The position numbers and the translations under genes were made by a program. This document shows positions 19,542 through 28,799 of a stretch of DNA of 56,680 nucleotides, in pieces. The stretch is from NCBI GenBank assembly GCA_013151955.1, contig JAADHH010000013.1, positions 1 through 56,680 of the forward strand. Reading direction: 5' to 3'. The stretch comes from Chloroflexota bacterium (lineage in GTDB: Bacteria > Chloroflexota > Anaerolineae > Ardenticatenales > JAADHH01). Numbering within the stretch: the stretch's first letter is position 1; every line of letters begins with the position of its first letter. The notes under the pieces were generated by a model that was given only the letters and a program-made list of their open reading frames with translations, was not told the origin of the DNA and ran no database searches.

Positions 19542-19911
19542 GATCGCTCCCTGATTCGGAGGCCGGGCGCTCCAGCTCGGCAACGCGTTGGGAGAGCAGC
19601 GCGACCTCTTGTGTCAGCACCTTGATTTGCTCCGTAAATCGGGAAATGCTGACGGAAAACTGAAACAGGATGAACAGCAAAAAGAGAAAGAAGAGCACAA
19701 AAAGAAGTGCCGGCGGATAGTCTATGCCCATGGCGTAGGCCAGCACATCCAGCCAGTCTATCGTCAAGGGGGCGATGACCAGGGCCGCCCCGGCAAACAA
19801 CCAGAGCAACGCGAACTCCTCTTTCAGTTTGCGCGTGCGCACCAGATTTATCACGAAGGCCAGCACCCCCAGGCTGAGCAGGATGACAAACATTTTAGCC
19901 CGAACAGACAT
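19534..19911 (-). CDS. DUF2304 family small membrane protein
   Basis: 125 aa, three TMs, 'ALLW', 'GIDYPPALLF', 'LTQEVALL'; this family typically accompanies GT2 genes. Confidence 0.85.
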   Translation of the reverse strand: MSVRAKMFVILLSLGVLAFVINLVRTRKLKEEFALLWLFAGAALVIAPLTIDWLDVLAYAMGIDYPPALLFVLFFLFLLFILFQFSVSISRFTEQIKVLTQEVALLSQRVAELERPASESGSDHA

Positions 19912-19917
19912 GTTTTC

Positions 19918-21150
19918 TCACCTCCTACGTGCCAGCACGATGAAGAACAAGCCCCACAAAAGCAGCGTTCCCACCAAGATGTGAGACTGAATCAACCGGA
20001 TCACAAAACGGACATTGAACGAGAATTCCCGGCCCACCAGGAGATAGGCTGCCACCAAAAGGATCGTCATTGCCCAGGGAAAAGGGTTCTGGTGCGTCAC
20101 CCACCGCAGGATCACGAGGAAGGGGAGCAGCAACCACACAAAAGCGTAGATTTGGGAGTGCGGCGAGACCAGCAGCAATACGATAACGGCAAAAGCATAC
20201 TCCAACGCAAATCTTTCGCCGGTTGGCGCACACTCTTTCCACGTGACGGCCAAGAAAGGCAGCGTGACGGCCGCGCTAGCCAGGAGGGTCAGGGACCAGG
20301 CCAGCGGGGGGCTATCTATCCCCCGCACCGGTGCCGTGAAAAGATTGGCCGTGAAGGCGCGACTGAAGAACCCACTGAACGATTGGTTGTATGGGAAGGC
20401 CGCAAATCCTCCGTGGCTGTACACCGACGTAAAAGCCAGGTAACGCGGGATGTTGTCCAGCCCGACCACGGCGTACGAAACGATGAGCAGGGCCAGAGCA
20501 CTGCCGATTCCCCAGGCTGCGGCTTTCCAGCGCCGCTTCCAAAGAAGAAAGCCGAGTAACGCGCCGGGGAAGAACTTCAGCGCAGTAGCGAGGCCCAATG
20601 AGAGGCCGGCCACCCCTTCTCGTTGATTTCTCAAAGCCCACAGAGCGGCCGCCAGGAGCACGAACTGGGCCACTTCCATTTGCCCCAACCGCAAAGCCAC
20701 CGTAGCGGGGTAGAATTGATAGAGCAGCAACAACGTCGCCAACCCCATCGTCCAGGTGAGCCGTCCCAGAGAAAGAAGTATCAGCGCGCACCCACCCCAC
20801 AAGAACAAGAAATTCGCCACCGTCCACCCGGCAGCGGCCCACGCATACGGAATCCAGGTTAGCGGCAGAAAAAGGATCGCGGCCAGCGGAGGGTAGGCAT
20901 AGGGCCATACCGTGTCTGGATTCTTCAGGACGAACGAGCCGCTTGCAATCGCCTTCTGGAATGTCGCCAGGTCGCGGTAGATGTCTTGCCCGTTTCTCAA
21001 CCGTGCGGCTGCCTGGTAAAAGACCGCGAAGTCATGATTGTTCGTGATGGCCCATACGTGGGCGTAATCGAAGGCCAACAAAATGATCAGCCCGGCCAGG
21101 AGAATCCAGCGCACCCGCGTCTTGCGCTCGTCAAAAGAGAGGACGGCCAT
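19918..21150 (-). CDS. GT87 (DUF2029) family GT-C glycosyltransferase
   Basis: 'HDFAVFYQAA', 'YAYPP', 'LGQ', 'KFFP', 'NQS'; start set at ATG 21150. Confidence 0.8.
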   Translation of the reverse strand: MAVLSFDERKTRVRWILLAGLIILLAFDYAHVWAITNNHDFAVFYQAAARLRNGQDIYRDLATFQKAIASGSFVLKNPDTVWPYAYPPLAAILFLPLTWIPYAWAAAGWTVANFLFLWGGCALILLSLGRLTWTMGLATLLLLYQFYPATVALRLGQMEVAQFVLLAAALWALRNQREGVAGLSLGLATALKFFPGALLGFLLWKRRWKAAAWGIGSALALLIVSYAVVGLDNIPRYLAFTSVYSHGGFAAFPYNQSFSGFFSRAFTANLFTAPVRGIDSPPLAWSLTLLASAAVTLPFLAVTWKECAPTGERFALEYAFAVIVLLLVSPHSQIYAFVWLLLPFLVILRWVTHQNPFPWAMTILLVAAYLLVGREFSFNVRFVIRLIQSHILVGTLLLWGLFFIVLARRR

Positions 21151-21151
21151 A

Positions 21152-22033
21152 TCAGCCCTCTTCGCCCCGACTTTCAAGGTAGGCACCCAGGGCCTTTTCC
21201 ATGGGCGCAAACCGGAACCGGTTGAGAATCCCAGCAAGTTTGAGCAACGTGCCGTCTATGTTGTGATAGGTGATGAAGCTATCCTGCGGCGAAAGGTTTG
21301 CCACGTGCGGCGTCCCCGGATACGTCTCCCAGGGATGGACGTACAGCGTGAAGGGGATTCCGTCTGCATTCAGCCTGCGCAGCCCCCATAAGAGCAGGGA
21401 AAGGGGGAACAAGCGGAGGTAGAAGCCGCCGGCCAGAGGGACCTTCAGCGGGCCGACGGGGAGCACCGGCAAGGGAAACTCCCACAGCAAGCTACTCTTT
21501 TCGCTATCGCGGGTCACATCTTCGGGGGAGAGACGGTAGGGCACAGGAGGGCAACGATCCACGCCATACAACGGCGTGCGCAGGGGAAAGATGCTCGAAT
21601 CGTAGCGATAGCCGGCCTCGGAAAGGGCTCGAATGGCCCAATTCGTATGCTGGTTCAGGGAAAAGGTAGGCGCACGAAACCCGACGGGGGAGAACCCCTC
21701 GCCCAAGACATCACCGGTAAGCTCGGCGAAGGCGGCAATCTCCGCCCGAAAAGCCTGCTCTCCCATCTTGTGGAGCGGCCGGTGGGACATGGTGTGGAAG
21801 GCGATTTCGTGCCCTTCGTCGTGCAAGGCGCGGACAAGCGCGGGGTGCAGGCGGAGGATCTCTCCTACGAAGAAAAAGGTGGCCCGCACACCCTGGCGGC
21901 GAAACAAATGTCGCAAGGGAGCCAAGGCTTCTTCCACTTGCCGGAGTCTTTCGGTTTCGGGCACACGGTGGCGAACGATTTCGGCATGGTACCACGCTTC
22001 CACATCCACCGTCAGTGCATTGACAATATTCAT
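21152..22033 (-). CDS. Polysaccharide deacetylase (CE4, DUF3473-type)
   Basis: 'ALTVDVEAW', 'ATFFFVG', 'GHEIAFH', 'GFRAP', 'YDSS', 'GGFYLR', 'YVHPWE'. Confidence 0.88.
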   Translation of the reverse strand: MNIVNALTVDVEAWYHAEIVRHRVPETERLRQVEEALAPLRHLFRRQGVRATFFFVGEILRLHPALVRALHDEGHEIAFHTMSHRPLHKMGEQAFRAEIAAFAELTGDVLGEGFSPVGFRAPTFSLNQHTNWAIRALSEAGYRYDSSIFPLRTPLYGVDRCPPVPYRLSPEDVTRDSEKSSLLWEFPLPVLPVGPLKVPLAGGFYLRLFPLSLLLWGLRRLNADGIPFTLYVHPWETYPGTPHVANLSPQDSFITYHNIDGTLLKLAGILNRFRFAPMEKALGAYLESRGEEG

Positions 22034-22767
22034 GAGCGATCACGTCCGTTTAGATTGGTTTTCTGTCGTAGTCCAACGACCAGGATGGACAAGAGCATCT
22101 TGAAAACGTAGTAGAGCGGCTTCCAGCCGGCGTGCATAGACTGGCCACTGAGCCGGTCCCTGATCGTCACCGGAACCTCTTTCACCCGGAAGCCGGCATA
22201 TTTCAAAAGGAGGATGGTGTCGGCGTCGGGGTAATCGGTTGGGTAATTGTCGCGAGCAAAAAAGCGCATCACTTCACCGCTCAGGCACTGGAATCCCGAC
22301 GTGGGATCGGTGAACCGCTGCTTGCTCATACGATCCACGATTTTCCGAAAGAAAGCCATGCCCAGACGCCGCGTGAGAGGGACGTGATAGGTGGCCTCTC
22401 CCAGGAAACGAGAGCCCAGGGCAACATCGGCCTGGCCAGTTTGCACCACGGACAACAGAGCGGGCGCACTGTGCGGATCGTGTTGCCCATCGGCATCCAT
22501 CAGCAGGCCGAGGGAGTAGCCGAACTCCGAGGCGTAGCGAAATCCGGTCTGCACCGCTCCCCCGTAGCCCAGGTTGCAGGGCAATTGCACAACCTTCGCC
22601 CCCAAACGCCGCGCCACCGCGGCCGTTTCATCGACCGAGCAGTCATCCACGACCAGGATGTCCACTGCGCCTAACACTTGCCGCAGCTCGGCAAGCACAC
22701 GAGGCAGATTTTCGGCTTCGTTATGTGCCGGCATGATGACGATGGTCCCTTCTGCCAAACGGTTCAC
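22030..22767 (-). CDS. GT2 glycosyltransferase (DPM/DPG-synthase-like)
   Basis: 'MPAHNE', 'VDDCSVD', 'NLGYGGA', 'MDADGQH', 'DPTSGF'; GTG start overlapping the upstream TGA. Confidence 0.88.
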   Translation of the reverse strand: MNRLAEGTIVIMPAHNEAENLPRVLAELRQVLGAVDILVVDDCSVDETAAVARRLGAKVVQLPCNLGYGGAVQTGFRYASEFGYSLGLLMDADGQHDPHSAPALLSVVQTGQADVALGSRFLGEATYHVPLTRRLGMAFFRKIVDRMSKQRFTDPTSGFQCLSGEVMRFFARDNYPTDYPDADTILLLKYAGFRVKEVPVTIRDRLSGQSMHAGWKPLYYVFKMLLSILVVGLRQKTNLNGRDRS

Positions 22768-23534
22768 CCTTCCCGACCTGCTTGTTTCCGGTAGGCTGCG
22801 ATCCAGGCATCCCAGGGCAGGCCACCCCACCGCAATCGGAAGACCGTGTACATCGCCTTTGCGATCTCTACCTTCGATATTTTGGACGATCCCCGCTGCC
22901 GGTTCTCAAAAATGATCGGCTCCTCCCCGATGCGAAAGCCCAGTTCCTGGCACTTATAGATCATCTCGATCAGGAAGGAATAGCCGCTGGAAAATATCTG
23001 GTCGAGCGGTATGGCCTGCAAAACCTCACGCCGGTAGCAGCGAAATCCGGCGGTACAATCGTGGGCGTGCAGCCCGAGCATCATTTTGGCGATGGCGTTC
23101 GCCCCACGACTGAGCATTTTCCGCGTCCAGGTGCAATAGCGGGTGTCCCCGCCAGGCACGTACCGCGAGCCGATCACGACATCGCAGTGATCCATAGCCC
23201 GCAACATGCTCGGAATGTAGCGCGGGTTATGCGAGAAATCGGCATCCATCGTCACGATGTAGTCAACTTCCTGTTCGAAGGCGTGCCGAAAGCCGGCGAT
23301 GTAGGCCGTGCCCAATCCCAACTTGCTGGCGCGGTGGATTACAGAGATTTCTTCGTGCGTCAGGGCCAGCTCGTCGGCCAGTTGTCCTGTGCCATCGGGC
23401 GAATTGTCGTCCACCACGATGGGCATCAGACCCAGGTCAAGGGCCAGCAGTTGCTCGATCAGGCTGGGCAAGTTTTCTATTTCATTGTAGGTGGGGACAA
23501 TTACGGCTGTCCTCTTTTCTTCACTCATAGGCAT
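22764..23534 (-). CDS. Polyprenol monophosphomannose synthase (Ppm1/DPM1-like GT2)
   Basis: 'VPTYNE', 'VDDNSPDGT', 'KLGLGTAY', 'MDADFSH', 'GSRYVPGG', 'GYSFLIEM'; start uncertain (23528, 23534 or 23549). Confidence 0.88.
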   Translation of the reverse strand: MPMSEEKRTAVIVPTYNEIENLPSLIEQLLALDLGLMPIVVDDNSPDGTGQLADELALTHEEISVIHRASKLGLGTAYIAGFRHAFEQEVDYIVTMDADFSHNPRYIPSMLRAMDHCDVVIGSRYVPGGDTRYCTWTRKMLSRGANAIAKMMLGLHAHDCTAGFRCYRREVLQAIPLDQIFSSGYSFLIEMIYKCQELGFRIGEEPIIFENRQRGSSKISKVEIAKAMYTVFRLRWGGLPWDAWIAAYRKQAGREG

Positions 23535-23562
23535 GACCTGTCTTCGCAATTCATCTCAAATA

Positions 23563-23697
23563 GTAACTACTCAGCCCCATGAGGCAAATCAGGTGCCAGG
23601 CACTTTCGGTGGATGTCTCAAAGCCAACATTCGTCTACATGCCTTGTCACGTTGCGAGAGGGCCTTCACAAGTGCCTGGCACCTAAAGACTGAGTAG
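23563..23697. mobile_element. Non-autonomous repeat, family B copy 1, forming the 3' end of the 23589-25853 CDS
   Basis: Near-identical to 42474-42607; ends ctactcag...ctgagtag; internal 15-bp IR aggtgccaggcactt/aagtgcctggcacct. Confidence 0.85.
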
Positions 23698-25853
23698 AGA
23701 AGCATCGCCAACGTTGCACACGCTGCCCCCACAGAGAGCAGGTATCCGAACCAGACGTACGCGGGTCTGGCAAAGTGAAAGGCGACCGCGCTGGTGCCGG
23801 CCGGCAGGGCAACCCCCAGAAAGGCGCCATCCACGCGCAGCACGGGCGACTCGGCTCCATTCACCGTCACGCGCCAGAGCGGGTACCACGCCTCGCTGAC
23901 GGCGAGCAGCGCCGGGCGAGGCGTTTCAACGCGCAGGGCGATTTCGTCGCCCCTGGGCCGCTGCCATTCCGGCGATGGCCGGTCGCCCAGGCTTGCCACC
24001 GGCGGAAGCTTCTGGGGGGACAGCGACTCGACCGTGTAGGCCGTGCGGATGTTTCGGTTTGCGCCCAAGCCGCCATCCAGCAGGGCAACCTGTTGTGAAA
24101 GCGCGTCCGGCAAGGCGGCAGCCAATGCCGCCATATTCTGATCATCCAAGCGCACGGCCCGCGCATAGAGCCGGGCAAAAGGCTGCACCGTCCGGTTTTC
24201 CAAAATGATGACGTCCCGCGATTGCCAGGCCAATTGATTCCATCCGGCTGCCTGCAAACGCTCGTTGTCACCGGCAAAGTGCGGATCTGCCGGGCGAAGG
24301 AGAATGTAGCGCACCCCTAAAAGATTCAACAGCGTCGCCTCGTCCCCATTTTCGCGCAAGAGGGCCATGGGGAGGGGTACCCCTTCGTCCCAATGGCCGT
24401 CGTAATGAGGGAGGGACGTGTAACGGACCGAATAGGTATAGCGATATTTGTTGCCGATCAGGCCGGTTGGTTCCCAGAGCCGGTATCCTTGCCCGTGGTC
24501 TTCCAGCCAATGATACGCGGCCAGTTCATCGGCAGAAAAATAGGCCGGCGTGTGCTGAAAGACGGCCCAGGCCGGTTTGTAATCCACTACGATCAGGCCC
24601 AAAATGGCGACAAAGAAGAGGACTCGCCACAAGGGTTTGTGCAAAGTCCCCAGCAAGCGGGCCGCGCCGGCACCGGCCAGCACTGCCAATCCGGCCGCCA
24701 CAAACATCAACGCGCGGAAGGGCATCAGCCGGGAAAGGAAGGGTGTGTGCATGACCGGATTGAGGGGCAGGAGAGGGCCGGCGGCCATGACCAGGCCCAG
24801 CCCCAAAACGGCCCCCACCGCGCCAAGCCCGCGAACCCGTCGCCAGGAAAGAGCGCCGATCAACGCCAGAAGCAGGGTACTCCCGCCCAGGTACCAGGCA
24901 TTCAGCCCGCCAAAGGCTTTCCAGATGACCGGCAAAGAGGAGGTGTCCACAGGCATCTTCACCCGTTTCAATGCGGCATCCCAGAGCATCGGCACAGAGA
25001 CGGCATAGCCGCGCAAGAAATCGGCGGAGAGGGCCGCCGAGGCACCACGCATTTGGGATACGGCAACCTGCTTCATTTCGACAGCGGCCGGCACGAGTAT
25101 GGCAGCGCCGAGTGCTCCGGCGATTGCGACGACGACCAGTCCCATCTGCAAGCTCCGGGCGATGGTACGCCGCCCGCTGCGCCACAGACCGGCTTCGCGC
25201 AGGCCGAGGTATGCGCCCAGCACGAGCCAGGCCGGAGGCGTCCGCTCCAGATTTGCCAGGGGCAAGATGCCCAGGAAGAATCCCAGTCCCCACACCCATG
25301 CCCAATTCTGCACCGGGCGGTGGCGGTGGCGCTCATACCACCACAAGGGCAACGGCAGCAAGGCCCAGAAGAGGGCGTGCTCCCACCAATCCACGGCCGT
25401 GTGCAGATGGAAGGGGAAGAGAAGATAGACGGTGCCGGCGATGAGCGCGCCCGCTCTGCCGATATTCAAAGAGGAGGCCCAAAGATAAAGGCTCATCGCC
25501 GAACCAGAGAGCACAACCAGGTAGAACAGCTTCGTCACGAAACCCAAAGAGAAGCCGCTCAGCACGGAGAATCCGGCGACGGCATAATAAACCGGCCAGG
25601 CCAGGAACCGCGTCCAGGGCAAACCGCCGAACCAGGCCGGAGTCCACGGGGAGAAGAGCACGCCGTGCAAAAGGTCTTGACGCACCAGCCAGGCCGTGCT
25701 CATTTGAACCAGCATCTCACGGCGCGGGGTGAGGGGCATTTCACGATTCCACCAGCCGTGCATGGCCACGACGGCTACCAAAAACAGCAGCAGACCATCA
25801 GCCCAGCGGCCGGTGAAAGAGAAACTGCGCGGCACAGTACGCAATTTGCGCAT
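23589..25853 (-). CDS. Large polytopic membrane protein (YfhO / PTPS-related GT-C-like)
   Basis: 'WTPAWFGGLP', many TMs, 'LGVRYILL', C-terminal 'SEAWYPLWRVTVNG' YfhO-like domain. Confidence 0.7.
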   Translation of the reverse strand: MRKLRTVPRSFSFTGRWADGLLLFLVAVVAMHGWWNREMPLTPRREMLVQMSTAWLVRQDLLHGVLFSPWTPAWFGGLPWTRFLAWPVYYAVAGFSVLSGFSLGFVTKLFYLVVLSGSAMSLYLWASSLNIGRAGALIAGTVYLLFPFHLHTAVDWWEHALFWALLPLPLWWYERHRHRPVQNWAWVWGLGFFLGILPLANLERTPPAWLVLGAYLGLREAGLWRSGRRTIARSLQMGLVVVAIAGALGAAILVPAAVEMKQVAVSQMRGASAALSADFLRGYAVSVPMLWDAALKRVKMPVDTSSLPVIWKAFGGLNAWYLGGSTLLLALIGALSWRRVRGLGAVGAVLGLGLVMAAGPLLPLNPVMHTPFLSRLMPFRALMFVAAGLAVLAGAGAARLLGTLHKPLWRVLFFVAILGLIVVDYKPAWAVFQHTPAYFSADELAAYHWLEDHGQGYRLWEPTGLIGNKYRYTYSVRYTSLPHYDGHWDEGVPLPMALLRENGDEATLLNLLGVRYILLRPADPHFAGDNERLQAAGWNQLAWQSRDVIILENRTVQPFARLYARAVRLDDQNMAALAAALPDALSQQVALLDGGLGANRNIRTAYTVESLSPQKLPPVASLGDRPSPEWQRPRGDEIALRVETPRPALLAVSEAWYPLWRVTVNGAESPVLRVDGAFLGVALPAGTSAVAFHFARPAYVWFGYLLSVGAACATLAMLLYSVFRCQALVKALSQRDKACRRMLALRHPPKVPGT

Positions 25854-26813
25854 CTACCGGCCCCGACAGACGATTACATCGTCCGGCGTCATCACCGTAT
25901 CCACGATGTCTTCTGTACCGGTCACCGGCGTGCCCGCGAATAGCAAAGAGTCCCGAATGGTGATGGGCTGGCTGACGGTTACGCCATCGCCGATGACAGA
26001 GTTGATCACCTGCGTGCCTGGGGCCAGTCGGACATTTTGTCCGACAATGTTATCCTGCCCCAGGCGTTCCCTTTGACGACGGTTACAGCCCAACAGGTCA
26101 CAGGCCAGGGTGATGTTCATGTCCCACTTGACCACTTCTGCGGGGTAGACCGGGTAGCCATCGTCAATCAGAATCTGGATCGAGCTGGTGATCTCGTATT
26201 CGTCGCGCTGTGCCGTGCGGGGGGTACGGCGGATGGCGTCGAAGATCGCTTGATCGAAGAGATAGATGCCGCACCCTTTCAGATCGGTGTTTACGTAGCG
26301 CGGCTTTTCGATCACGCGGGTGACGATACCGCTGGCGTGAAGGATCACCGCAAAATTGCGCCGGATATACTCCGGGTTGTACTCCCGCTTCACGGCCAAC
26401 ACCCCGCCCGCCTGACGCGCCCAAAACATCTCGACCATCGTTTGCAGGTCCTTGTTGACCATGAAGATGTCACCAAGGAAGAGAATAAAGGGAGAATCAA
26501 TCTGGTCTTCCAACTGCAGAACAGCGTGTGCGATGCCGAGCGTTTCTCCCTGGTCAATGTAATGCAACTTCATGCCCCAGGCAGAACCGTCTCCTAATTG
26601 CTGAGGGACTTTTTCCTTCAGGTGCCCGACAACAACGAAAACTTCCTTTACGCCGATGCGCTTCATGTCCTCGATCTGGTATTGGATGATTGGTTTGTTG
26701 CAGACCGGCAGCAACGGTTTGGGATATCGCAAACTGAGGGGCTTGATCCGCGTGCCCCGTCCCGCGGCTAAAATTACACCAACCAGATTTTTCTCAGTGG
26801 ACAATTCCATCAC
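25854..26813 (-). CDS. Sugar-phosphate nucleotidyltransferase (long RmlA-like, with left-handed beta-helix tail)
   Basis: 'ILAAGRGTRIKPL', 'PKPLLPV', 'LFLGD', 'IEKP'. Confidence 0.85.
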   Translation of the reverse strand: MMELSTEKNLVGVILAAGRGTRIKPLSLRYPKPLLPVCNKPIIQYQIEDMKRIGVKEVFVVVGHLKEKVPQQLGDGSAWGMKLHYIDQGETLGIAHAVLQLEDQIDSPFILFLGDIFMVNKDLQTMVEMFWARQAGGVLAVKREYNPEYIRRNFAVILHASGIVTRVIEKPRYVNTDLKGCGIYLFDQAIFDAIRRTPRTAQRDEYEITSSIQILIDDGYPVYPAEVVKWDMNITLACDLLGCNRRQRERLGQDNIVGQNVRLAPGTQVINSVIGDGVTVSQPITIRDSLLFAGTPVTGTEDIVDTVMTPDDVIVCRGR

Positions 26814-26825
26814 CTCCGAGATATG

Positions 26826-28799
26826 TTATTTGATTTCGTAGATCAACAAGTTATCCTGCAAGAAAGATTGCTCGTCCCCGTAAAGAAACTCCGATGGAGG
26901 AACCAAGGGAGAGACTGGAAGCAAGCGTAACAAGCGGTCGCCGGCATATAAGTTCCGGTCCGTTCCGGCCCAAATCAATTGAACGCCAGGCATGTGATTC
27001 AATGTCTCTACAGCGTCAGGGTTAGCTTTGGCCAGGCTGTCCTGCGCGATCACGATGTACTGCACGCCCCAGCGCCGCAAAAGGGCTAGGGCTGACCGGC
27101 TGGGAAACGTCTCCAGCGGAGCCGCCGCTTCCTGATATTTGTGCGGCACAAAGGTTCCGTATCCGTACGCAACCGGTTTGCCGTGCCAGCGTGCCTCGTA
27201 GAGCGGGTAGCCGGCCCAGGTACGATCCAGGGGGAATTGTATGACCAGGCCCTGTCCAGGCTGTTTGGCCAGCCACGTATCGACCGGTTGCGGCTGCACC
27301 CGCGCATACCCCAGAGCGTAGGGCATGGGAGCAAACTCAACGATGATCCCCGCACAAAGCAGGGCAACGACGAGTCCGTTTCGCCACCGGTCTGCCAGAT
27401 ATGCGGCCCCCACGCCACTCAGAACGGCCACGCCGAGCAAGACGAACAGGCCAAAGCGGGTCCATACGCGCATGGCGCTGAAAAAGGGCATGAAAAGGTA
27501 GAGCAACAAGGTCGGCATCGGGACCACAATCGTGCCCGATCCCCCCATGTCCCATCGGGAAACGGGGTTCAGGGCCAGTTTTGTCGAAAGCCAACTCATT
27601 CCCCTCTCGAAAGCAAATTGCACCTCGCTCGGAACGGGAATTTGCACAGGGTGCCTCCCCACATGCAAGGTCGTTCCCAGGGCCAACACAAAAGCGCCCA
27701 CAGCGAGCCACCCAAAGGCCCGGGCGGCGACATTGCGCTGCCTCCATCCGACCCAGGCCAGGGCCAGCGGAATCCATCCCACGAAAAGGACGTTCTCGAA
27801 CACATTTTGCGGGTACAGGCCGGCGACGACCGCTCCCCACAACGGGTGCATGATGTTCGGTACCACAAAATCTAAAGGACTGGCCGACCACTGATCGACG
27901 TACCGCAACGGATAGGGTATCGCTTGCCGGCCGGTCGTACGCAACAGCGGCACCAACGCAGGCAAGAGAACGATACCGGCCACGACAAACAACCAGGCCA
28001 ATCCGATGCCCCATTGTACCGCAAATGTTCTTTTTCGCCAAAGGCGTCCGCGCAACGGGCTTGCGGCGAACCGCTGCGCAAGCCCCGAAATGTAGGGGGG
28101 AGGGAGAGGCGAGGGGACACCCCTCGTACGCCCCGGGCATTTGCTACGCAAACCCCGCAACACCACGTACATGAGAACGAAGATTCCCATCATGTAGGCA
28201 TAATACCACGAAGAGAGTCCGGTCAATCCCAAGAACAAGCCGCCCATGGCCGCGTTGCGAAACCGTTGGCGGCGCATCATTCGTTCGAGGTAGAAAAATG
28301 TGAGGGGGATCCATTGCGTCCCCATCAATGGCAGATGGCCGGCTCCCAAGTGCGCCAGGCGATAGGGCGCAAAGGCGAACACGATGCCGGTCACCAGGCC
28401 CGCCGCCCGGCGTCCGGAAATGGCATAGCCCAACAGGTAGCCGGCAAAAAGGGAGAGAACGAACGAAGCCACAATCACCGCGTTGTAGGAAATGACTTCA
28501 CCGAAAAGTATCGTAAGCGGAAAGCCGGTCAGCATGTTGGCCAGCGTCGTTTCGGAAAGGGCCAGCGGGTAGCCAAAAGGCGCAAAAACCCCCGGGTTAA
28601 AGAAAGGGGAGATTCCTTTGACGAGAAGCGCCTCCTTGAACCACCACATCTTATAGAGGTATTCAAAATTATCGCCGGGCGGGCCCAGGATGATGCTCCC
28701 CGGGTGCAAGACAAGGGGATAGGTCATGATAAGAGAGAGCAGCAGCCCCAGAGAAAGGATGCCGGCGTTGATCTTGCCTGGCGCGTACCGGGGACTCAC
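26826..28799 (-). CDS. Polytopic membrane protein (GT-C/YfhO-like) carrying an in-frame repeat insertion
   Basis: 'GDNFEY', 'FAPFGYPLA', 'FAFAPYR', 'MRVWTRF', 'YGYGTF', 'WGVQYIV'. Confidence 0.7.
   Translation of the reverse strand: MSPRYAPGKINAGILSLGLLLSLIMTYPLVLHPGSIILGPPGDNFEYLYKMWWFKEALLVKGISPFFNPGVFAPFGYPLALSETTLANMLTGFPLTILFGEVISYNAVIVASFVLSLFAGYLLGYAISGRRAAGLVTGIVFAFAPYRLAHLGAGHLPLMGTQWIPLTFFYLERMMRRQRFRNAAMGGLFLGLTGLSSWYYAYMMGIFVLMYVVLRGLRSKCPGRTRGVPSPLPPPYISGLAQRFAASPLRGRLWRKRTFAVQWGIGLAWLFVVAGIVLLPALVPLLRTTGRQAIPYPLRYVDQWSASPLDFVVPNIMHPLWGAVVAGLYPQNVFENVLFVGWIPLALAWVGWRQRNVAARAFGWLAVGAFVLALGTTLHVGRHPVQIPVPSEVQFAFERGMSWLSTKLALNPVSRWDMGGSGTIVVPMPTLLLYLFMPFFSAMRVWTRFGLFVLLGVAVLSGVGAAYLADRWRNGLVVALLCAGIIVEFAPMPYALGYARVQPQPVDTWLAKQPGQGLVIQFPLDRTWAGYPLYEARWHGKPVAYGYGTFVPHKYQEAAAPLETFPSRSALALLRRWGVQYIVIAQDSLAKANPDAVETLNHMPGVQLIWAGTDRNLYAGDRLLRLLPVSPLVPPSEFLYGDEQSFLQDNLLIYEIK

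Noticed and set aside
18195-19625. Long plus-strand ORFs (also 24393-25943, 53006-54328, 19588-20559) and minus-strand 12077-13189 and 45526-46503
   Set aside because: Antisense shadows of well-supported genes in GC-rich DNA; no recognisable motifs.
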